Assembly: GCA_050251875.1 (NCBI GenBank)
Contig: JBFWMA010000005.1
Location: forward strand, 161,233-225,232
Direction of reading: 5' to 3'
DNA: 64,000 bases
DNA from: Deferribacterales bacterium
GTDB lineage: Bacteria; Chrysiogenota; Deferribacteres; Deferribacterales; Geovibrionaceae
Part shown: piece by piece, positions 1-10,873 of the stretch
How the letters are laid out: each line of letters begins with the position of its first letter
Numbering within the stretch: position 1 is the stretch's first letter
Translations under genes and position numbers: made by a program
Notes under the pieces: model-generated
What the model was told of the DNA's origin: nothing
Database searches by the model: none
Seen by the model: only the letters and a program-made list of their open reading frames with translations

Positions 1-1
1 A

Positions 2-925
2 ACAGGCGATACACTCTGCGATGAGTCCAAGCCCGTTATCCTTGAGTCAATGGAGTTCCCCGAGCCCGTTCTTTCTGTTGCGGTTGAGCCCAAAACAAAA
101 GGCGATCAGGACAAACTTTCCGTTGCTCTCGGAAAACTTGCTCAGGAAGACCCCTCTTTCAGAGTAAGAGTTGATGAAGAGACAGGACAGACAATCATCT
201 CCGGTATGGGTGAGCTCCACCTTGAGATCATCGTTGACCGTATGATGAGAGAGTTTAAAGTAGAAGCCAACGTAGGTAATCCTCAGGTTGCGTATCGCGA
301 AGCGATCACAAAATCTGTTACCGGCGAAGGTAAATACATTAAACAGTCCGGCGGTCGTGGTCAGTACGGTCACGTTTGCATCGAGCTTCATCCCCAGGAA
401 CCCGGCACAGGTTTTGTTTTCGAAAACAAAATCGTGGGCGGTTCAATTCCCAGAGAATACATCCCCGCTATCGAGAAGGGACTTGCGGAAGCCACAGAGA
501 ACGGCTGTCTCGCCGGATACCCTGTCGAAGATATCAAATGTGTTCTTTTTGACGGTTCATACCACGATGTGGACTCTAACGAGATGGCGTTCAAAATCGC
601 GGCATCTATGGCTTTCAAAGATCTTTCCAAGAAAGCCGGTCCCGTTCTGCTTGAGCCTATCATGAAGGTAGAGGTTGTTTGTCCCGATGAATACACCGGT
701 GACGTTATGGGCGACCTTAACTCCAGAAGAGGAAAAGTGGAAGGTATGGATATGAGAGGCGGCGCACAGGTTGTTAAATGTATGGTGCCCCTGAAAGAAA
801 TGTTCGGTTATACAACACAGCTCAGATCTATCACACAGGGTAGAGCAACATCTACAATGCAGTTCGATCACTATGAGCAAGTGCCTAACAACATAGCCGA
901 AGAAATTGTTAAATCAAATTCATAA
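2..925 (+). CDS. fusA: Elongation factor G, C-terminal part (5' truncated by window edge)
   Basis: Frame is open from base 2 (TGDTLCDE...MEFPEPV). Motifs [20 protein letters not shown] and GSYHDVDS; directly upstream of tuf. Confidence 0.98.
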   Translation, partial: TGDTLCDESKPVILESMEFPEPVLSVAVEPKTKGDQDKLSVALGKLAQEDPSFRVRVDEETGQTIISGMGELHLEIIVDRMMREFKVEANVGNPQVAYREAITKSVTGEGKYIKQSGGRGQYGHVCIELHPQEPGTGFVFENKIVGGSIPREYIPAIEKGLAEATENGCLAGYPVEDIKCVLFDGSYHDVDSNEMAFKIAASMAFKDLSKKAGPVLLEPIMKVEVVCPDEYTGDVMGDLNSRRGKVEGMDMRGGAQVVKCMVPLKEMFGYTTQLRSITQGRATSTMQFDHYEQVPNNIAEEIVKSNS

Positions 926-953
926 GTATAAAATTTTAGGAGGACATAATTAA

Positions 954-2144
954 ATGGCCAAGTCTAAATTTGAAAGAACCAAACCCCACGTTAACGTAGG
1001 TACCATCGGCCACGTTGACCACGGTAAGACATCACTGACAGCTGCGATAACTAACATCCTTGCGAAAAAAGGATATGCTCAGTTCGTAGACTACGGCAAC
1101 ATCGACAAGGCACCTGAAGAGCGCGAAAGAGGTATTACCATCGCAACCGCTCACGTAGAGTATGAGTCAGACAAACGTCACTATGCTCACGTAGACTGCC
1201 CCGGTCACGCCGACTATGTAAAAAACATGATTACCGGTGCTGCCCAGATGGACGGCGCTATACTTGTTGTATCAGCAGCAGACGGTCCCATGCCCCAGAC
1301 TCGTGAGCACATTCTGCTCGCCCGTCAGGTAGGCGTACCCTACATAGTAGTATTCATGAACAAAATCGACATGGTAGAAGACGAAGAACTTGTAGAGCTC
1401 GTAGAGCTTGAGATCAGAGATCTTCTTTCCGCATACGATTTCCCCGGCGATGATACACCTATCATCAAAGGATCAGCACTTAAAGCCCTTGAAGACGGCG
1501 ACAACCCCCAGTGGTCACAGCCTATTCTTGATCTCGTACAGGCACTTGACGATTACATCGCCGAGCCCGAAAGAGATATAGATAAAGATTTCATCATGCC
1601 TATCGAGGACGTGTTCTCAATTTCCGGACGTGGTACAGTTGTAACCGGCCGTATCGAGCGCGGAAAAGTAAAAGTAGGTGATGAAGTTCAGATCGTAGGT
1701 ATCAAAGATACACAGAAGACAACAGTAACCGGAATCGAAATGTTCCGCAAACTTCTTGATGAAGGTGTAGCGGGAGATAACGTAGGTGTCCTTGTCAGAG
1801 GTATCAAAAAAGACGATGTAGAGCGCGGACAGGTACTTGCCAAACCGGGCTCAATCACACCTCACAAGAAGTTTAAAGCTGAAGCGTACATTCTGACTAA
1901 AGAGGAAGGTGGACGTCACACACCTTTCTTCAGCGGTTACAGACCTCAGTTCTACTTCAGAACCACAGACGTAACAGGTATCATCACTCTTGCCGAAGGC
2001 GTAGAGATGGTAATGCCCGGCGATAACATCTCTTGTGATGTTGAACTTATCACACCCATCGCTATGGACCCCGGTCTTCGCTTCGCTATCCGTGAAGGCG
2101 GCCGTACAGTAGGTGCCGGCGTGGTTGTTGAGATTACAGAGTAA
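954..2144 (+). CDS. tuf: Elongation factor Tu
   Basis: [35 protein letters not shown]; 396 aa. Confidence 0.99.
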   Translation: MAKSKFERTKPHVNVGTIGHVDHGKTSLTAAITNILAKKGYAQFVDYGNIDKAPEERERGITIATAHVEYESDKRHYAHVDCPGHADYVKNMITGAAQMDGAILVVSAADGPMPQTREHILLARQVGVPYIVVFMNKIDMVEDEELVELVELEIRDLLSAYDFPGDDTPIIKGSALKALEDGDNPQWSQPILDLVQALDDYIAEPERDIDKDFIMPIEDVFSISGRGTVVTGRIERGKVKVGDEVQIVGIKDTQKTTVTGIEMFRKLLDEGVAGDNVGVLVRGIKKDDVERGQVLAKPGSITPHKKFKAEAYILTKEEGGRHTPFFSGYRPQFYFRTTDVTGIITLAEGVEMVMPGDNISCDVELITPIAMDPGLRFAIREGGRTVGAGVVVEITE

Positions 2145-2156
2145 CAAGAGTTAATA

Positions 2157-2465
2157 ATGGAAAATCAAAAGATAAGAATCAAGCTTAAGGCTTTCGATTA
2201 CAGAATTCTGGATAAAGCTGTTAAAGACATCGTCTCTACAGCGAAACGTACCGGTGCAGAGGTAGTGGGACCCATCCCGCTGCCCACTGCTATCGAGAAG
2301 TTTACAATCCTCAAGTCTCCTCACGTTAACAAAGACGCAAGAGATCAGTACGAAATAAGGACACATAAAAGGCTCATCGACATCTTTGAGCACAACCCTC
2401 AAACTATTGATGCCCTTATGAAGCTGGAACTCTCCGCCGGCGTTGACGTAGAAATAAAACTCTAA
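2157..2465 (+). CDS. rpsJ: 30S ribosomal protein S10
   Basis: [10 protein letters not shown]...GPIPLPT...[13 protein letters not shown]. Confidence 0.98.
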   Translation: MENQKIRIKLKAFDYRILDKAVKDIVSTAKRTGAEVVGPIPLPTAIEKFTILKSPHVNKDARDQYEIRTHKRLIDIFEHNPQTIDALMKLELSAGVDVEIKL

Positions 2466-2485
2466 GAGTTAGAAGGTATTTAGAA

Positions 2486-3124
2486 ATGGCAAAAGCAATC
2501 ATTGGAAAGAAAGTAGGGATGACACAGGTCTTTAGAGAAGACGGTACCGTTGTGCCTGTCACCGTCGTGCAAGCTGGCCCCTGTGTTGTAACCGAAGTCA
2601 GGAATCAGGAAAAGGACGGGTACACTGCCATTCAGCTGGGTTTTGAAGAAATTGTTAAAGACAGCAAAGTCAACAAACCCATGGCCGGATATTTTAAAAA
2701 ACAGGGTGTTAAACCCCACAAGTATCTGAAGGAATTCAGAACTCAATCCGGTGCAGAGACAGCTGTCGGCGAGCAGGTAAATGTTACAATCTTTGAGGAA
2801 GGCGATCTCATTGATGTTCAGGGAACATCCATTGGTAAGGGCTTTCAGGGTGTCGTTAAGCGTTACAACTTTCGTGGCGGTCCGAAAACTCACGGTTCTC
2901 ACTTCCACAACGTACCCGGCTCTATAGGGATGTGTGAATTCCCCGGCGAAACAGCTAAAGGAAAAAAGATGCCCGGTAGAATGGGCGGAAAGACAGTTTC
3001 CGTTCAGAATCTTACCGTGGTGAAAGTAATCCCCGAAACAAACCTGCTGCTTATTAAAGGTGCGATACCCGGCTTTTCAGACGGAATAGTTTACATCAAA
3101 CAAGCAGTTAAGGCTAAAAAGTAA
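2486..3124 (+). CDS. rplC: 50S ribosomal protein L3
   Basis: [29 protein letters not shown]10 operon order. Confidence 0.98.
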   Translation: MAKAIIGKKVGMTQVFREDGTVVPVTVVQAGPCVVTEVRNQEKDGYTAIQLGFEEIVKDSKVNKPMAGYFKKQGVKPHKYLKEFRTQSGAETAVGEQVNVTIFEEGDLIDVQGTSIGKGFQGVVKRYNFRGGPKTHGSHFHNVPGSIGMCEFPGETAKGKKMPGRMGGKTVSVQNLTVVKVIPETNLLLIKGAIPGFSDGIVYIKQAVKAKK

Positions 3125-3136
3125 GCAGAGGAACTA

Positions 3137-3763
3137 ATGGCTACTTTTGACGTGAAAAACGTAAAAAACGAGAAAATAGGACAGGTTGATCTGAGCGACG
3201 AAATAATGTCATATCCTGTAAAACCTGCCCTTATGCACGAAGTGGTGATCATGCAGCTTGCTTCACGCAGAGCTGGAACCCACTCAACGCTGAACAGAGC
3301 CAGAATGGACGGCGGACGCGGTGCCAAACCCTGGAGACAGAAAGGTACAGGCCGCGCCAGATCAGGTTCTAAGAAGTCTCCCCTCTGGAGAGGCGGAGCA
3401 ATAGCATTTGGTCCCCATCCGAGAGACTATGAGTACTCTATGCCCAAGAAAAAGGTTAAGAACGCTCTTAAATCCGCAATCAGGGCCAAGAGTGAAGCAA
3501 ATGCCATCCACATCATCGACGCTATGAGCGTTGCTAACGGCAAGACTAAAGAGGCTGTTGAAATCCTTAAGAATTTCTCCGCCGACAGAAAAGTCCTTAT
3601 CGTTTACAAAGAGATGGATGAGAAAGCTAAACAGGCTTTCCGCAACATCCCTTATGTAGACCTTCTGGACGTTAACGGTCTGAACGTTTACGATGTGATC
3701 AATGCACGCACAATCCTGCTTTGCCAGGACGCTATAGCGCGCATTCAGGAGGTTCTCGTATGA
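3137..3763 (+). CDS. rplD: 50S ribosomal protein L4
   Basis: KPWRQKGTGRAR, SPLWRGG; operon order. Confidence 0.98.
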   Translation: MATFDVKNVKNEKIGQVDLSDEIMSYPVKPALMHEVVIMQLASRRAGTHSTLNRARMDGGRGAKPWRQKGTGRARSGSKKSPLWRGGAIAFGPHPRDYEYSMPKKKVKNALKSAIRAKSEANAIHIIDAMSVANGKTKEAVEILKNFSADRKVLIVYKEMDEKAKQAFRNIPYVDLLDVNGLNVYDVINARTILLCQDAIARIQEVLV

Positions 3764-4044
3764 TGATTACTATCTATGATGTGATCAAAAAACCCCTCAT
3801 AACAGAGAAAGCTGTTGAGATGAAAGAGAACCTCAATCAAGTAACTTTCGCCATCGATCCCAGAGCTTCTAAGAAAATGGTTAAACAGGCCGTTGAGAAG
3901 CTGTTCGAGGTAAAAGTGAAAGATGTCAGGACTATGAACTACAAAGGCAAAGCCAAACGTTTCGGACGCGCTATGGGCAAAAGAAACGACTGGAAAAAAG
4001 CTATTGTTGTTCTGGCTGATGGCGAAAAACTGGAATTTGTATAA
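3760..4044 (+). CDS. rplW: 50S ribosomal protein L23
   Basis: IKKPLITEKA...WKKAIV. Start moved to the ATG overlapping the rplD stop (3760 or 3763). Confidence 0.96.
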   Translation: MMITIYDVIKKPLITEKAVEMKENLNQVTFAIDPRASKKMVKQAVEKLFEVKVKDVRTMNYKGKAKRFGRAMGKRNDWKKAIVVLADGEKLEFV

Positions 4045-4058
4045 GAGAGGAATCTTAA

Positions 4059-4886
4059 ATGGGAATCAAGAAGTTTAAACCGACTTCTGACGGAGTAAGG
4101 TTCAGAACAAACAGCGACTTCCAGGATGTCACAACAGATACACCTGAGAAGTCTCTCCTTGCCCCCCTTGCCAAACACGCAGGCCGTACAAACAACGGTC
4201 GCATCACTGTTAGGCACAAAGGCGGCGGTAACAAGAGAAAGTATCGTCTTATAGACTTCAAAAGAAATAAAGACGGAATCGTAGCGAATGTAAAAACTAT
4301 CGAGTACGACCCCAACAGAAGCGCGAGAATCGCTCTTGTGTCTTATGCTGACGGTGAGAAAAGATATATACTCGCTCCCCTCGGTCTTAAAGTTGGAGAC
4401 AAGGTATCCAGCGGATCAGAAGCCGATATTAAACCCGGCAACGCTAAAATGCTGAAAGAGATGCCTGTCGGTACAGTAATTCACAACGTGGAGATGAGGC
4501 CCGGTAAAGGCGGTCAGCTTGCCCGTTCCGCTGGAACATACGCACAGCTGCTGGCTAAAGAGGGAACCTATTGCCACGTCCGCATGCCCTCCGGCGAAAT
4601 CAGACTTATTAAAGCTGAATGTAAAGCTACAATCGGTCAGGTTTCCAACACAGAGCATGAGAACATTCAAATCGGAAAAGCGGGCAGAACCCGTTGGAAA
4701 GGCGTCAGACCTACTGTTCGAGGCGTTGCGATGAACCCCGTTGATCACCCCCATGGTGGTGGTGAGGGTAGAACTTCCGGTGGCCGTCACCCTGTGACAC
4801 CCTGGGGCGTACCTACTAAGGGCTTCAAAACAAGAGCTAAGAATAAGCCTTCTAACAAGTATATCGTTTCCCGCAGGAAGAAGTAG
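4059..4886 (+). CDS. rplB: 50S ribosomal protein L2
   Basis: [21 protein letters not shown]. Confidence 0.99.
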   Translation: MGIKKFKPTSDGVRFRTNSDFQDVTTDTPEKSLLAPLAKHAGRTNNGRITVRHKGGGNKRKYRLIDFKRNKDGIVANVKTIEYDPNRSARIALVSYADGEKRYILAPLGLKVGDKVSSGSEADIKPGNAKMLKEMPVGTVIHNVEMRPGKGGQLARSAGTYAQLLAKEGTYCHVRMPSGEIRLIKAECKATIGQVSNTEHENIQIGKAGRTRWKGVRPTVRGVAMNPVDHPHGGGEGRTSGGRHPVTPWGVPTKGFKTRAKNKPSNKYIVSRRKK

Positions 4887-4898
4887 GAGGATTGACAA

Positions 4899-5180
4899 GT
4901 GCCTAGGTCATTAAAAAAAGGGCCCTTTCTGGATGATCACCTCGAAAAAAAGGTGATGACAGCCAAAGAGAGCGGCGATAAAAAAGTCATCAAGACTTGG
5001 TCTAGAAGAAGCACAGTGATTCCTGAAATGGTCGGCCAGACATTTGCAGTTCACAACGGGCAAAAGTTTATCCCTGTTTTCGTAACAGAAAACATGGTAG
5101 GTCATAAACTGGGTGAATTCGCTCTCACCAGAACGTTCAGAAGTCACAAGAAAGACGACAAAAAGGTAAAGGGTAGATAA
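4899..5180 (+). CDS. rpsS: 30S ribosomal protein S19
   Basis: [19 protein letters not shown] start. Confidence 0.98.
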   Translation: MPRSLKKGPFLDDHLEKKVMTAKESGDKKVIKTWSRRSTVIPEMVGQTFAVHNGQKFIPVFVTENMVGHKLGEFALTRTFRSHKKDDKKVKGR

Positions 5181-5181
5181 T

Positions 5182-5514
5182 ATGGAAGCTATTGCTCGCG
5201 CTAGATATCAGAGAGTATCTCCCAGAAAAACACGCCCTGTCGCTGATCTTATCAGAGGCAAAAAGGTAGAGGAAGCGCTTGCTATCCTTAAGTTCACTCC
5301 CAACAAAGGCGCAGAAATTCTGTACAGAGCCGTTAAATCCGCTGCCAGCAACGCAGAGGAGAACAACAGCCACGCAGACGCAAGCCGTATGGTTGTGAAA
5401 GAGGTTAGAGTGGATGCCGGTCCCGCATGGAAAAGGTTCACACCCAGAGCCTACGGAAGAGCGTCCCTTATCCGCAAACCTACCAGCCATATCACTGTTG
5501 TGCTGTCAGACTAA
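5182..5514 (+). CDS. rplV: 50S ribosomal protein L22
   Basis: SPRKTR.VADLIRG, PRAYGRA, TSHITV. Confidence 0.98.
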   Translation: MEAIARARYQRVSPRKTRPVADLIRGKKVEEALAILKFTPNKGAEILYRAVKSAASNAEENNSHADASRMVVKEVRVDAGPAWKRFTPRAYGRASLIRKPTSHITVVLSD

Positions 5515-5526
5515 GGGAGGTATTTG

Positions 5527-6183
5527 GTGGGACAGAAAGTTAATCCTAACGGATACAGAATCGGTATAAACAAACCCTGGAAATCAACATGGTTTGCAAA
5601 TAAAAAAGAATACAGACAACAGCTTCTTGAAGATATTAAAATCAGAAAATATCTGAAAGAGAAGCTGAACCAGGCCGGACTCGCCAGAATCGGCATCGAG
5701 CGTATGGGTAACAGAGTGCGCATCACTCTGAACACATCACGCCCCGGTATCGTAATCGGCAAGAAAGGCGCTGAAATCGACAGGCTCAAAAAAGAGCTTA
5801 AAAGATTTACAGACTCTGAAGTTCTTCTGGTTATCAGAGAAGTGAAGAAGCCTGAGATCAACTCCGTTCTGATAGCTGAGAACATCGCTATGCAGATCCA
5901 GAGACGTGTGGCTTTCAGACGCGCCATGAAGAAAGCAGTTCTTCAGGCTATGAAATCCGGCGCTCTCGGAATCAGAGTTGCTTGCTCCGGTCGTCTCGCT
6001 GGCGCTGATATGGCCAGAACAGAGTGGTACATTAAAGGTAGAGTTCCGCTTCAGACTCTTCGTGCCGACATTGATTACGGCACAACAGAGGCACTGACAA
6101 CCTATGGTATCATCGGTATCAAGGTTTGGGTCTTCACAGGCGAAGTTCTGGAAGACAGAGGCAGAACAGAGGCAGGTGAGTAA
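5527..6183 (+). CDS. rpsC: 30S ribosomal protein S3
   Basis: [27 protein letters not shown] at 5527 (TTG at 5524 is an alternative). Confidence 0.97.
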   Translation: MGQKVNPNGYRIGINKPWKSTWFANKKEYRQQLLEDIKIRKYLKEKLNQAGLARIGIERMGNRVRITLNTSRPGIVIGKKGAEIDRLKKELKRFTDSEVLLVIREVKKPEINSVLIAENIAMQIQRRVAFRRAMKKAVLQAMKSGALGIRVACSGRLAGADMARTEWYIKGRVPLQTLRADIDYGTTEALTTYGIIGIKVWVFTGEVLEDRGRTEAGE

Positions 6184-6608
6184 TGCTTACACCCAACAGA
6201 ATGAAATATAGAAAGCAGTTCAAAGGCCGCATCAAGGGTGTCGCCTCCAAAGGTCACTATGTGGCTTTCGGCGACTTCGGTCTGGCTGCGGACGGCAAAG
6301 CAAAACTGACTAGCCGTCAGATAGAATCCGCGAGGATCGCTATCAACAGATACCTGAAAAGAGGCGGAAACCTGATTATCCGTATCTTCCCCCACAAACC
6401 CATCACATCTAAACCTCTTGAGGTTAGACAGGGTAAAGGTAAAGGTTCTGTAGAGTACTATGTAGCATGCGTTAAAGAAGGAACTATCCTTTATGAAGTT
6501 GGCGGTGTTACAGAAGAGCAGGCAAAAGAGGCTTTCAGAAGAGCTTCTCACAAACTGCCTGTGAAAACTAAATTCGTAAGAAAAGAGACTGCGGAGGCTG
6601 CGCAATGA
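6183..6608 (+). CDS. rplP: 50S ribosomal protein L16
   Basis: [23 protein letters not shown]. Confidence 0.98.
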   Translation: MLTPNRMKYRKQFKGRIKGVASKGHYVAFGDFGLAADGKAKLTSRQIESARIAINRYLKRGGNLIIRIFPHKPITSKPLEVRQGKGKGSVEYYVACVKEGTILYEVGGVTEEQAKEAFRRASHKLPVKTKFVRKETAEAAQ

Positions 6609-6802
6609 AAGCATCCGAACTCAAAGCAATGAGTGAAAAAGAGCTTCAGGCAAAAGAAATGGAGCTCAGAGAGAATATCTTCAGAATGAAGTTCAAACTG
6701 GCAACTGGAGATATTGAAGACTCCTCGCTTATCAAAAAGGCTAAAAAAGATATAGCTCGTATTCAGACTGTTCTGAATCAGAAAAGCAACGAGGGCAAAT
6801 AA
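6605..6802 (+). CDS. rpmC: 50S ribosomal protein L29
   Basis: MKASEL...[10 protein letters not shown]; operon order. Confidence 0.96.
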   Translation: MKASELKAMSEKELQAKEMELRENIFRMKFKLATGDIEDSSLIKKAKKDIARIQTVLNQKSNEGK

Positions 6803-7077
6803 TGGAAGCCAGAAACTTTAGAAAAGTAAGAAAGGGCGTGGTAGTCAGCGACAAGATGGACAAAACTGTCGTCGTTAAAGTCGAAAGCCTGAAACTCCAC
6901 AGCCGCTATCAGAAATTCATCAAGAGCACTAAAAGTTTTAAAGCTCATGATGAGAACAATGAATGCAAAGTTGGCGATACCGTAGAGATCGTAGAAACTA
7001 GACCTCTCAGCAAAGATAAACGCTGGAGAGTTGTTAAAATAGTTAAACACTCTATCGAAGCCATTGCCGGGGAGTAA
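6802..7077 (+). CDS. rpsQ: 30S ribosomal protein S17
   Basis: [22 protein letters not shown]. Confidence 0.98.
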   Translation: MEARNFRKVRKGVVVSDKMDKTVVVKVESLKLHSRYQKFIKSTKSFKAHDENNECKVGDTVEIVETRPLSKDKRWRVVKIVKHSIEAIAGE

Positions 7078-7080
7078 GAG

Positions 7081-7452
7081 ATGATACAGGTAGAATCCAG
7101 ACTCAGAGTTGCGGACAACTCCGGAGCTAAGGAAGTGCTTTGCATCAAGGTCCTTGGCGGTTCTAAAATCCGCTATGGAAGAATAGGCGATATCATCGTC
7201 TGTACAGTTAAGGCAGCCGCTCCCGACTCTAACATCAAGAAGGGATCCGTTGTAAAAGCTGTTATCGTGCGTACTGCGAAAGAGCAGCGCCGTCCCGACG
7301 GAACATACATCAAGTTTGATGACAACGCGTGTGTTCTTCTGGGCAAGCAAAACCTTGAACCTATCGCAACAAGGGTTTTCGGACCTGTTGCCAGAGAGCT
7401 CCGCGGAAAGGGCTATCTGAAAATAGTTTCAATGGCTCCTGAAGTACTCTAA
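7081..7452 (+). CDS. rplN: 50S ribosomal protein L14
   Basis: [26 protein letters not shown]. Confidence 0.99.
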   Translation: MIQVESRLRVADNSGAKEVLCIKVLGGSKIRYGRIGDIIVCTVKAAAPDSNIKKGSVVKAVIVRTAKEQRRPDGTYIKFDDNACVLLGKQNLEPIATRVFGPVARELRGKGYLKIVSMAPEVL

Positions 7453-7464
7453 GAGGTTTGGTCA

Positions 7465-7794
7465 ATGAGTGTTAAACTGAAGATCAAAAAAGACGACCCG
7501 GTTATCGTTACCACTGGTAAAGATAAAGGCACAAAGTCTAAAGTCGTCAAAATGGACAGGGATAACTGCAAAGTCATTTGCGAAGGCGTAAATGTGGCTA
7601 AAAAGCACGTTAAACCTAACCAGTTCAATCCCGATGGCGGTATCGTCGATAAGACAATGCCTCTGGCGGTATCCAACGTTATGTACTACTGCGAAAAATG
7701 CGGTAAAGGCGTAAAACTTGGTATCAAAGTGCTGGAATCCGGCAAAAAAGTCAGATTCTGCAGATCTTGCAACGAAATCGTTGACAAGGATTAA
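7465..7794 (+). CDS. rplX: 50S ribosomal protein L24
   Basis: IKKDD.V.V.TGKDKG, EGVN..KKH.KP. Confidence 0.97.
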   Translation: MSVKLKIKKDDPVIVTTGKDKGTKSKVVKMDRDNCKVICEGVNVAKKHVKPNQFNPDGGIVDKTMPLAVSNVMYYCEKCGKGVKLGIKVLESGKKVRFCRSCNEIVDKD

Positions 7795-7808
7795 CGGAGT
7801 TTTAAACA

Positions 7809-8357
7809 ATGGCGGAACTTAAAAGAATCTATACAGAAGAAGTTGTACCGAAACTGATAAAAAAATTCGGTTACACCAACATTATGCAGGTTCCGAAGAT
7901 TGAGAAGATCACACTTAACATGGGTGTTGGCGAAGCAGTCAGCAACTCAAAAGCCGTTGAAGGCGCTGTTAAGGATATGGCTCTCATCGCCGGTCAGAAA
8001 CCGATAGTTACAAAAGCTAAGAAATCTATCGCCACATTTAAACTGAGAGAAGGCATGCCCATCGGCTGCAAAGTAACTCTCAGAGGCGAGAAGGCTTACG
8101 ACTTTATGTTCAGGCTGACCAGAATCGGTCTTGCAAGGGTTAGGGACTTTGCGGGTGTAAACCCCAAATCTTTCGACGGACGCGGCAACTTTGCCATGGG
8201 TCTGAAAGAACAGATCGTATTCCCTGAGATTGACTATGATAAAATCGACAAAATCCGTGGGTTTGACATCATCGTCACAACAACAGCTAAAACCGATGAA
8301 GAGGCCAGAGAGCTCCTGAAAGAACTCGGAATGCCCTTCGCAGGTCAGGAGGCGTAA
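7809..8357 (+). CDS. rplE: 50S ribosomal protein L5
   Basis: [25 protein letters not shown]. Confidence 0.98.
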   Translation: MAELKRIYTEEVVPKLIKKFGYTNIMQVPKIEKITLNMGVGEAVSNSKAVEGAVKDMALIAGQKPIVTKAKKSIATFKLREGMPIGCKVTLRGEKAYDFMFRLTRIGLARVRDFAGVNPKSFDGRGNFAMGLKEQIVFPEIDYDKIDKIRGFDIIVTTTAKTDEEARELLKELGMPFAGQEA

Positions 8358-8358
8358 T

Positions 8359-8544
8359 TTGGCAACTACAGCTAAATACAACAGTGGATTTTCTAAAAAG
8401 AAATTCAAAGTTAGGGAATACAACCGCTGCCCCATTTGCGGCAGGCCAAGGTCATTTATGCGCAGATTCAACATGTGCAGGCTTTGTTTCAGGAAATTCG
8501 CATCCGAGGGAGAAATCCCCGGTGTAAGAAAATCCAGCTGGTAA
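8359..8544 (+). CDS. rpsN: 30S ribosomal protein S14, short zinc-binding (type Z) form
   Basis: 61 aa; RCPICGRPR...CRLCFR; TTG start. Confidence 0.96.
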   Translation: MATTAKYNSGFSKKKFKVREYNRCPICGRPRSFMRRFNMCRLCFRKFASEGEIPGVRKSSW

Positions 8545-8562
8545 AATAAGGAGACGTAAGTC

Positions 8563-8961
8563 ATGGGAATGACAGATCCTATCGCAGATATGCTTACAAG
8601 AGTGCGTAACGCTCTTATGGTAAAGCACCAGGAAGTTCTTGTACCTCATTCAAAAATGAAAGAGGCAATGGCTGTTCTCTTCAGAGAAGAGGGTTATGTA
8701 AAAAATTTCCGTGTTGTAACAGACGGAAATCATAAAAATATAGTGATTCACCTTAAATATAACGATAACGGCGAGTCTGTTATCAGAGGCATCAAAAGGG
8801 TATCTAAACCCGGCCAGAGAGTGTATGTGAACACTAAGAATCTTAAACCTGTACTTGGCGGTCTTGGAAACGGTGTTGTTTCTACCTCAAGAGGTATCAA
8901 GACTGTTAAGCAGTGCATCGCCGAAAAAGTCGGCGGTGAGTACATTTGCCAGATATGGTAA
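8563..8961 (+). CDS. rpsH: 30S ribosomal protein S8
   Basis: TDPIADMLTRVRNA, RVSKPGQRVY. Confidence 0.98.
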   Translation: MGMTDPIADMLTRVRNALMVKHQEVLVPHSKMKEAMAVLFREEGYVKNFRVVTDGNHKNIVIHLKYNDNGESVIRGIKRVSKPGQRVYVNTKNLKPVLGGLGNGVVSTSRGIKTVKQCIAEKVGGEYICQIW

Positions 8962-8972
8962 TGGAGAGCTAG

Positions 8973-9512
8973 ATGTCTAGAATTGGTAAAAAACCTATAG
9001 ATATACCCGCAGGCGTGAAAATTGTTCTGGATAAGAACACTATTCATGTCGAAGGACCGAAAGGCAAGCTCCAGCAGGACATCCACTACAAGGCTGATGT
9101 GGAAGTTGAGGGCAATGTCGTCAATGTAATCAGAAAAGACGAGACAAAACTCGCCCGCTCTGTGCACGGTCTTACCAGAACACTCATCAGCAATATGGTG
9201 ACAGGTGTTACTGAAGGATATGTGAAAAAACTCGATATAGTCGGTGTCGGCTACAGAGTTGCTCAGAAAGGTCAGGATCTTGATCTTTCTCTGGGCTTTT
9301 CACACCCGGTAGTGGTTACTCCTCCTACAGGCGTTGAGCTTGTGGCTGAGAGCCAGACAAAGATCGCCGTTAAAGGTATCGATAAGCAGCTTGTCGGACA
9401 GGTTGCCGCGAATATCCGTAAACTGAGAGCACCCGAGCCTTACAAAGGTAAAGGTATCAGATATGAAGGCGAGCGTATAATCAGAAAAGCCGGTAAAACC
9501 GGTAAGAAATAA
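8973..9512 (+). CDS. rplF: 50S ribosomal protein L6
   Basis: MSRIGKKPI, PEPYKGKGIRY. Confidence 0.98.
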   Translation: MSRIGKKPIDIPAGVKIVLDKNTIHVEGPKGKLQQDIHYKADVEVEGNVVNVIRKDETKLARSVHGLTRTLISNMVTGVTEGYVKKLDIVGVGYRVAQKGQDLDLSLGFSHPVVVTPPTGVELVAESQTKIAVKGIDKQLVGQVAANIRKLRAPEPYKGKGIRYEGERIIRKAGKTGKK

Positions 9513-9518
9513 GGGGAG

Positions 9519-9890
9519 TTGAAAGTGGCTAAATTTTCAAAATCGGCTGCCCGTATCAGAAGGCATGTACGTAACAGAAAAAAGGTTCAAGGCAGCGAAG
9601 CAAAACCTAGACTGGCTGTTTTCAAAAGCAATAAATACATCTACGCTCAGGTGATAGATGACTCCAAAGGCACAACACTTGTCGCCGCCAGCTCTCTTGA
9701 AAAAGAGCTGAAAGAGCAGTTCAACAGCCGCGTAAACCTTGCCTCAGCGAAAGCAGTGGGCATGGAAGTGGCTAAAAGAGCCGCAGAAAAAGGCATCAGC
9801 AAGGTTGTTTTCGACAGAGGCGGATTCCTTTATCACGGCAGGATCAAAGCTCTTGCTGATGGCGCCCGCGAAGCCGGACTTGAGTTCTAA
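9519..9890 (+). CDS. rplR: 50S ribosomal protein L18
   Basis: [27 protein letters not shown]. Start is TTG 9519 or GTG 9525. Confidence 0.97.
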   Translation: MKVAKFSKSAARIRRHVRNRKKVQGSEAKPRLAVFKSNKYIYAQVIDDSKGTTLVAASSLEKELKEQFNSRVNLASAKAVGMEVAKRAAEKGISKVVFDRGGFLYHGRIKALADGAREAGLEF

Positions 9891-9901
9891 GGAGGTATGC
9901 T

Positions 9902-10408
9902 TTGAATAACGCAGTAGCTAACGGCGAGAGCACTCTCGTTGATAAAGTGGTTAACATTGGCAGAGTTACAAAAGTTGTTAAGGGTGGTAGGATATTCAAG
10001 TTCACCGCTCTCGTGGTTGTGGGCGATATGAACGGCAAAGTCGGTATCGGTCACGGTAAAGCCAGAGAGGTTCCGGACGCTATCAAAAAAGCCCTTGAGA
10101 ACGCTAAAAAGAGCATGGTTGACGTACCCGTTGTAAACGGTACTATTCCTCACGATGTTATCGGGAAATTCGTTTCCTCCGAAATCGTGATGAAACCCGC
10201 CGCACCTGGTACCGGTATCATCTCCGGCGGTGTAACACGTTCTCTTTTTGAACTCGCAGGCGTGCAGAACATTCTCTGCAAGTCCACAAGAAGCAGAAAC
10301 CCCTATAACTCACTCTATGCTGTTATGGACGGTTTCAAAAAAATAAGAACTCTTGATGAAGTTGCTTCCCTTAGAGGCAAAAGCATTCAGGAAATCATCA
10401 AGTACTAA
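9902..10408 (+). CDS. rpsE: 30S ribosomal protein S5
   Basis: RVTKVVKGGR, PAAPGTGII; TTG start after GGAGG. Confidence 0.98.
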   Translation: MNNAVANGESTLVDKVVNIGRVTKVVKGGRIFKFTALVVVGDMNGKVGIGHGKAREVPDAIKKALENAKKSMVDVPVVNGTIPHDVIGKFVSSEIVMKPAAPGTGIISGGVTRSLFELAGVQNILCKSTRSRNPYNSLYAVMDGFKKIRTLDEVASLRGKSIQEIIKY

Positions 10409-10420
10409 GAGGTTACACAA

Positions 10421-10870
10421 ATGGAGCTTCATGATCTCAGACCGGCTCCCGGTGCTAATAAAGATAGAAAAAGACTGGGACGAGGCAGCGGAAGCGGCCG
10501 CGGTACAACAGCAGGTAAAGGTACAAAAGGTCAGAAAGCCAGAAGTGGCGGCGGCACAAGACCCGGATTCGAGGGTGGACAGATGCCTCTGAACAGAAGG
10601 CTGCCTAAAAGAGGTTTCAATAACGCCAGATTCGCGACAGTATTTGAAACCGTGAACCTTGACACCATTAACGATGTCTATTCAGCGGGCGAGGTTGTAA
10701 ACTTCGAATCACTCTGCGAGAAAGGACTTGTTAAAGGCAACAAGGACGGTATCAAAATTCTTGGCAACGGCGAAATCAGCAAAAAGCTGAAATTCGAAGT
10801 TGATAAGATGTCCGGTTCCGCTAAAGAAAAAGCGGAAGCGGCAGGCTGTGAAGTGACTATTCTGGGGTAA
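10421..10870 (+). CDS. rplO: 50S ribosomal protein L15
   Basis: RLGRGSGSG, GFEGGQMPL.RRLPKRGF. Confidence 0.98.
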   Translation: MELHDLRPAPGANKDRKRLGRGSGSGRGTTAGKGTKGQKARSGGGTRPGFEGGQMPLNRRLPKRGFNNARFATVFETVNLDTINDVYSAGEVVNFESLCEKGLVKGNKDGIKILGNGEISKKLKFEVDKMSGSAKEKAEAAGCEVTILG

Positions 10871-10873
10871 TTG

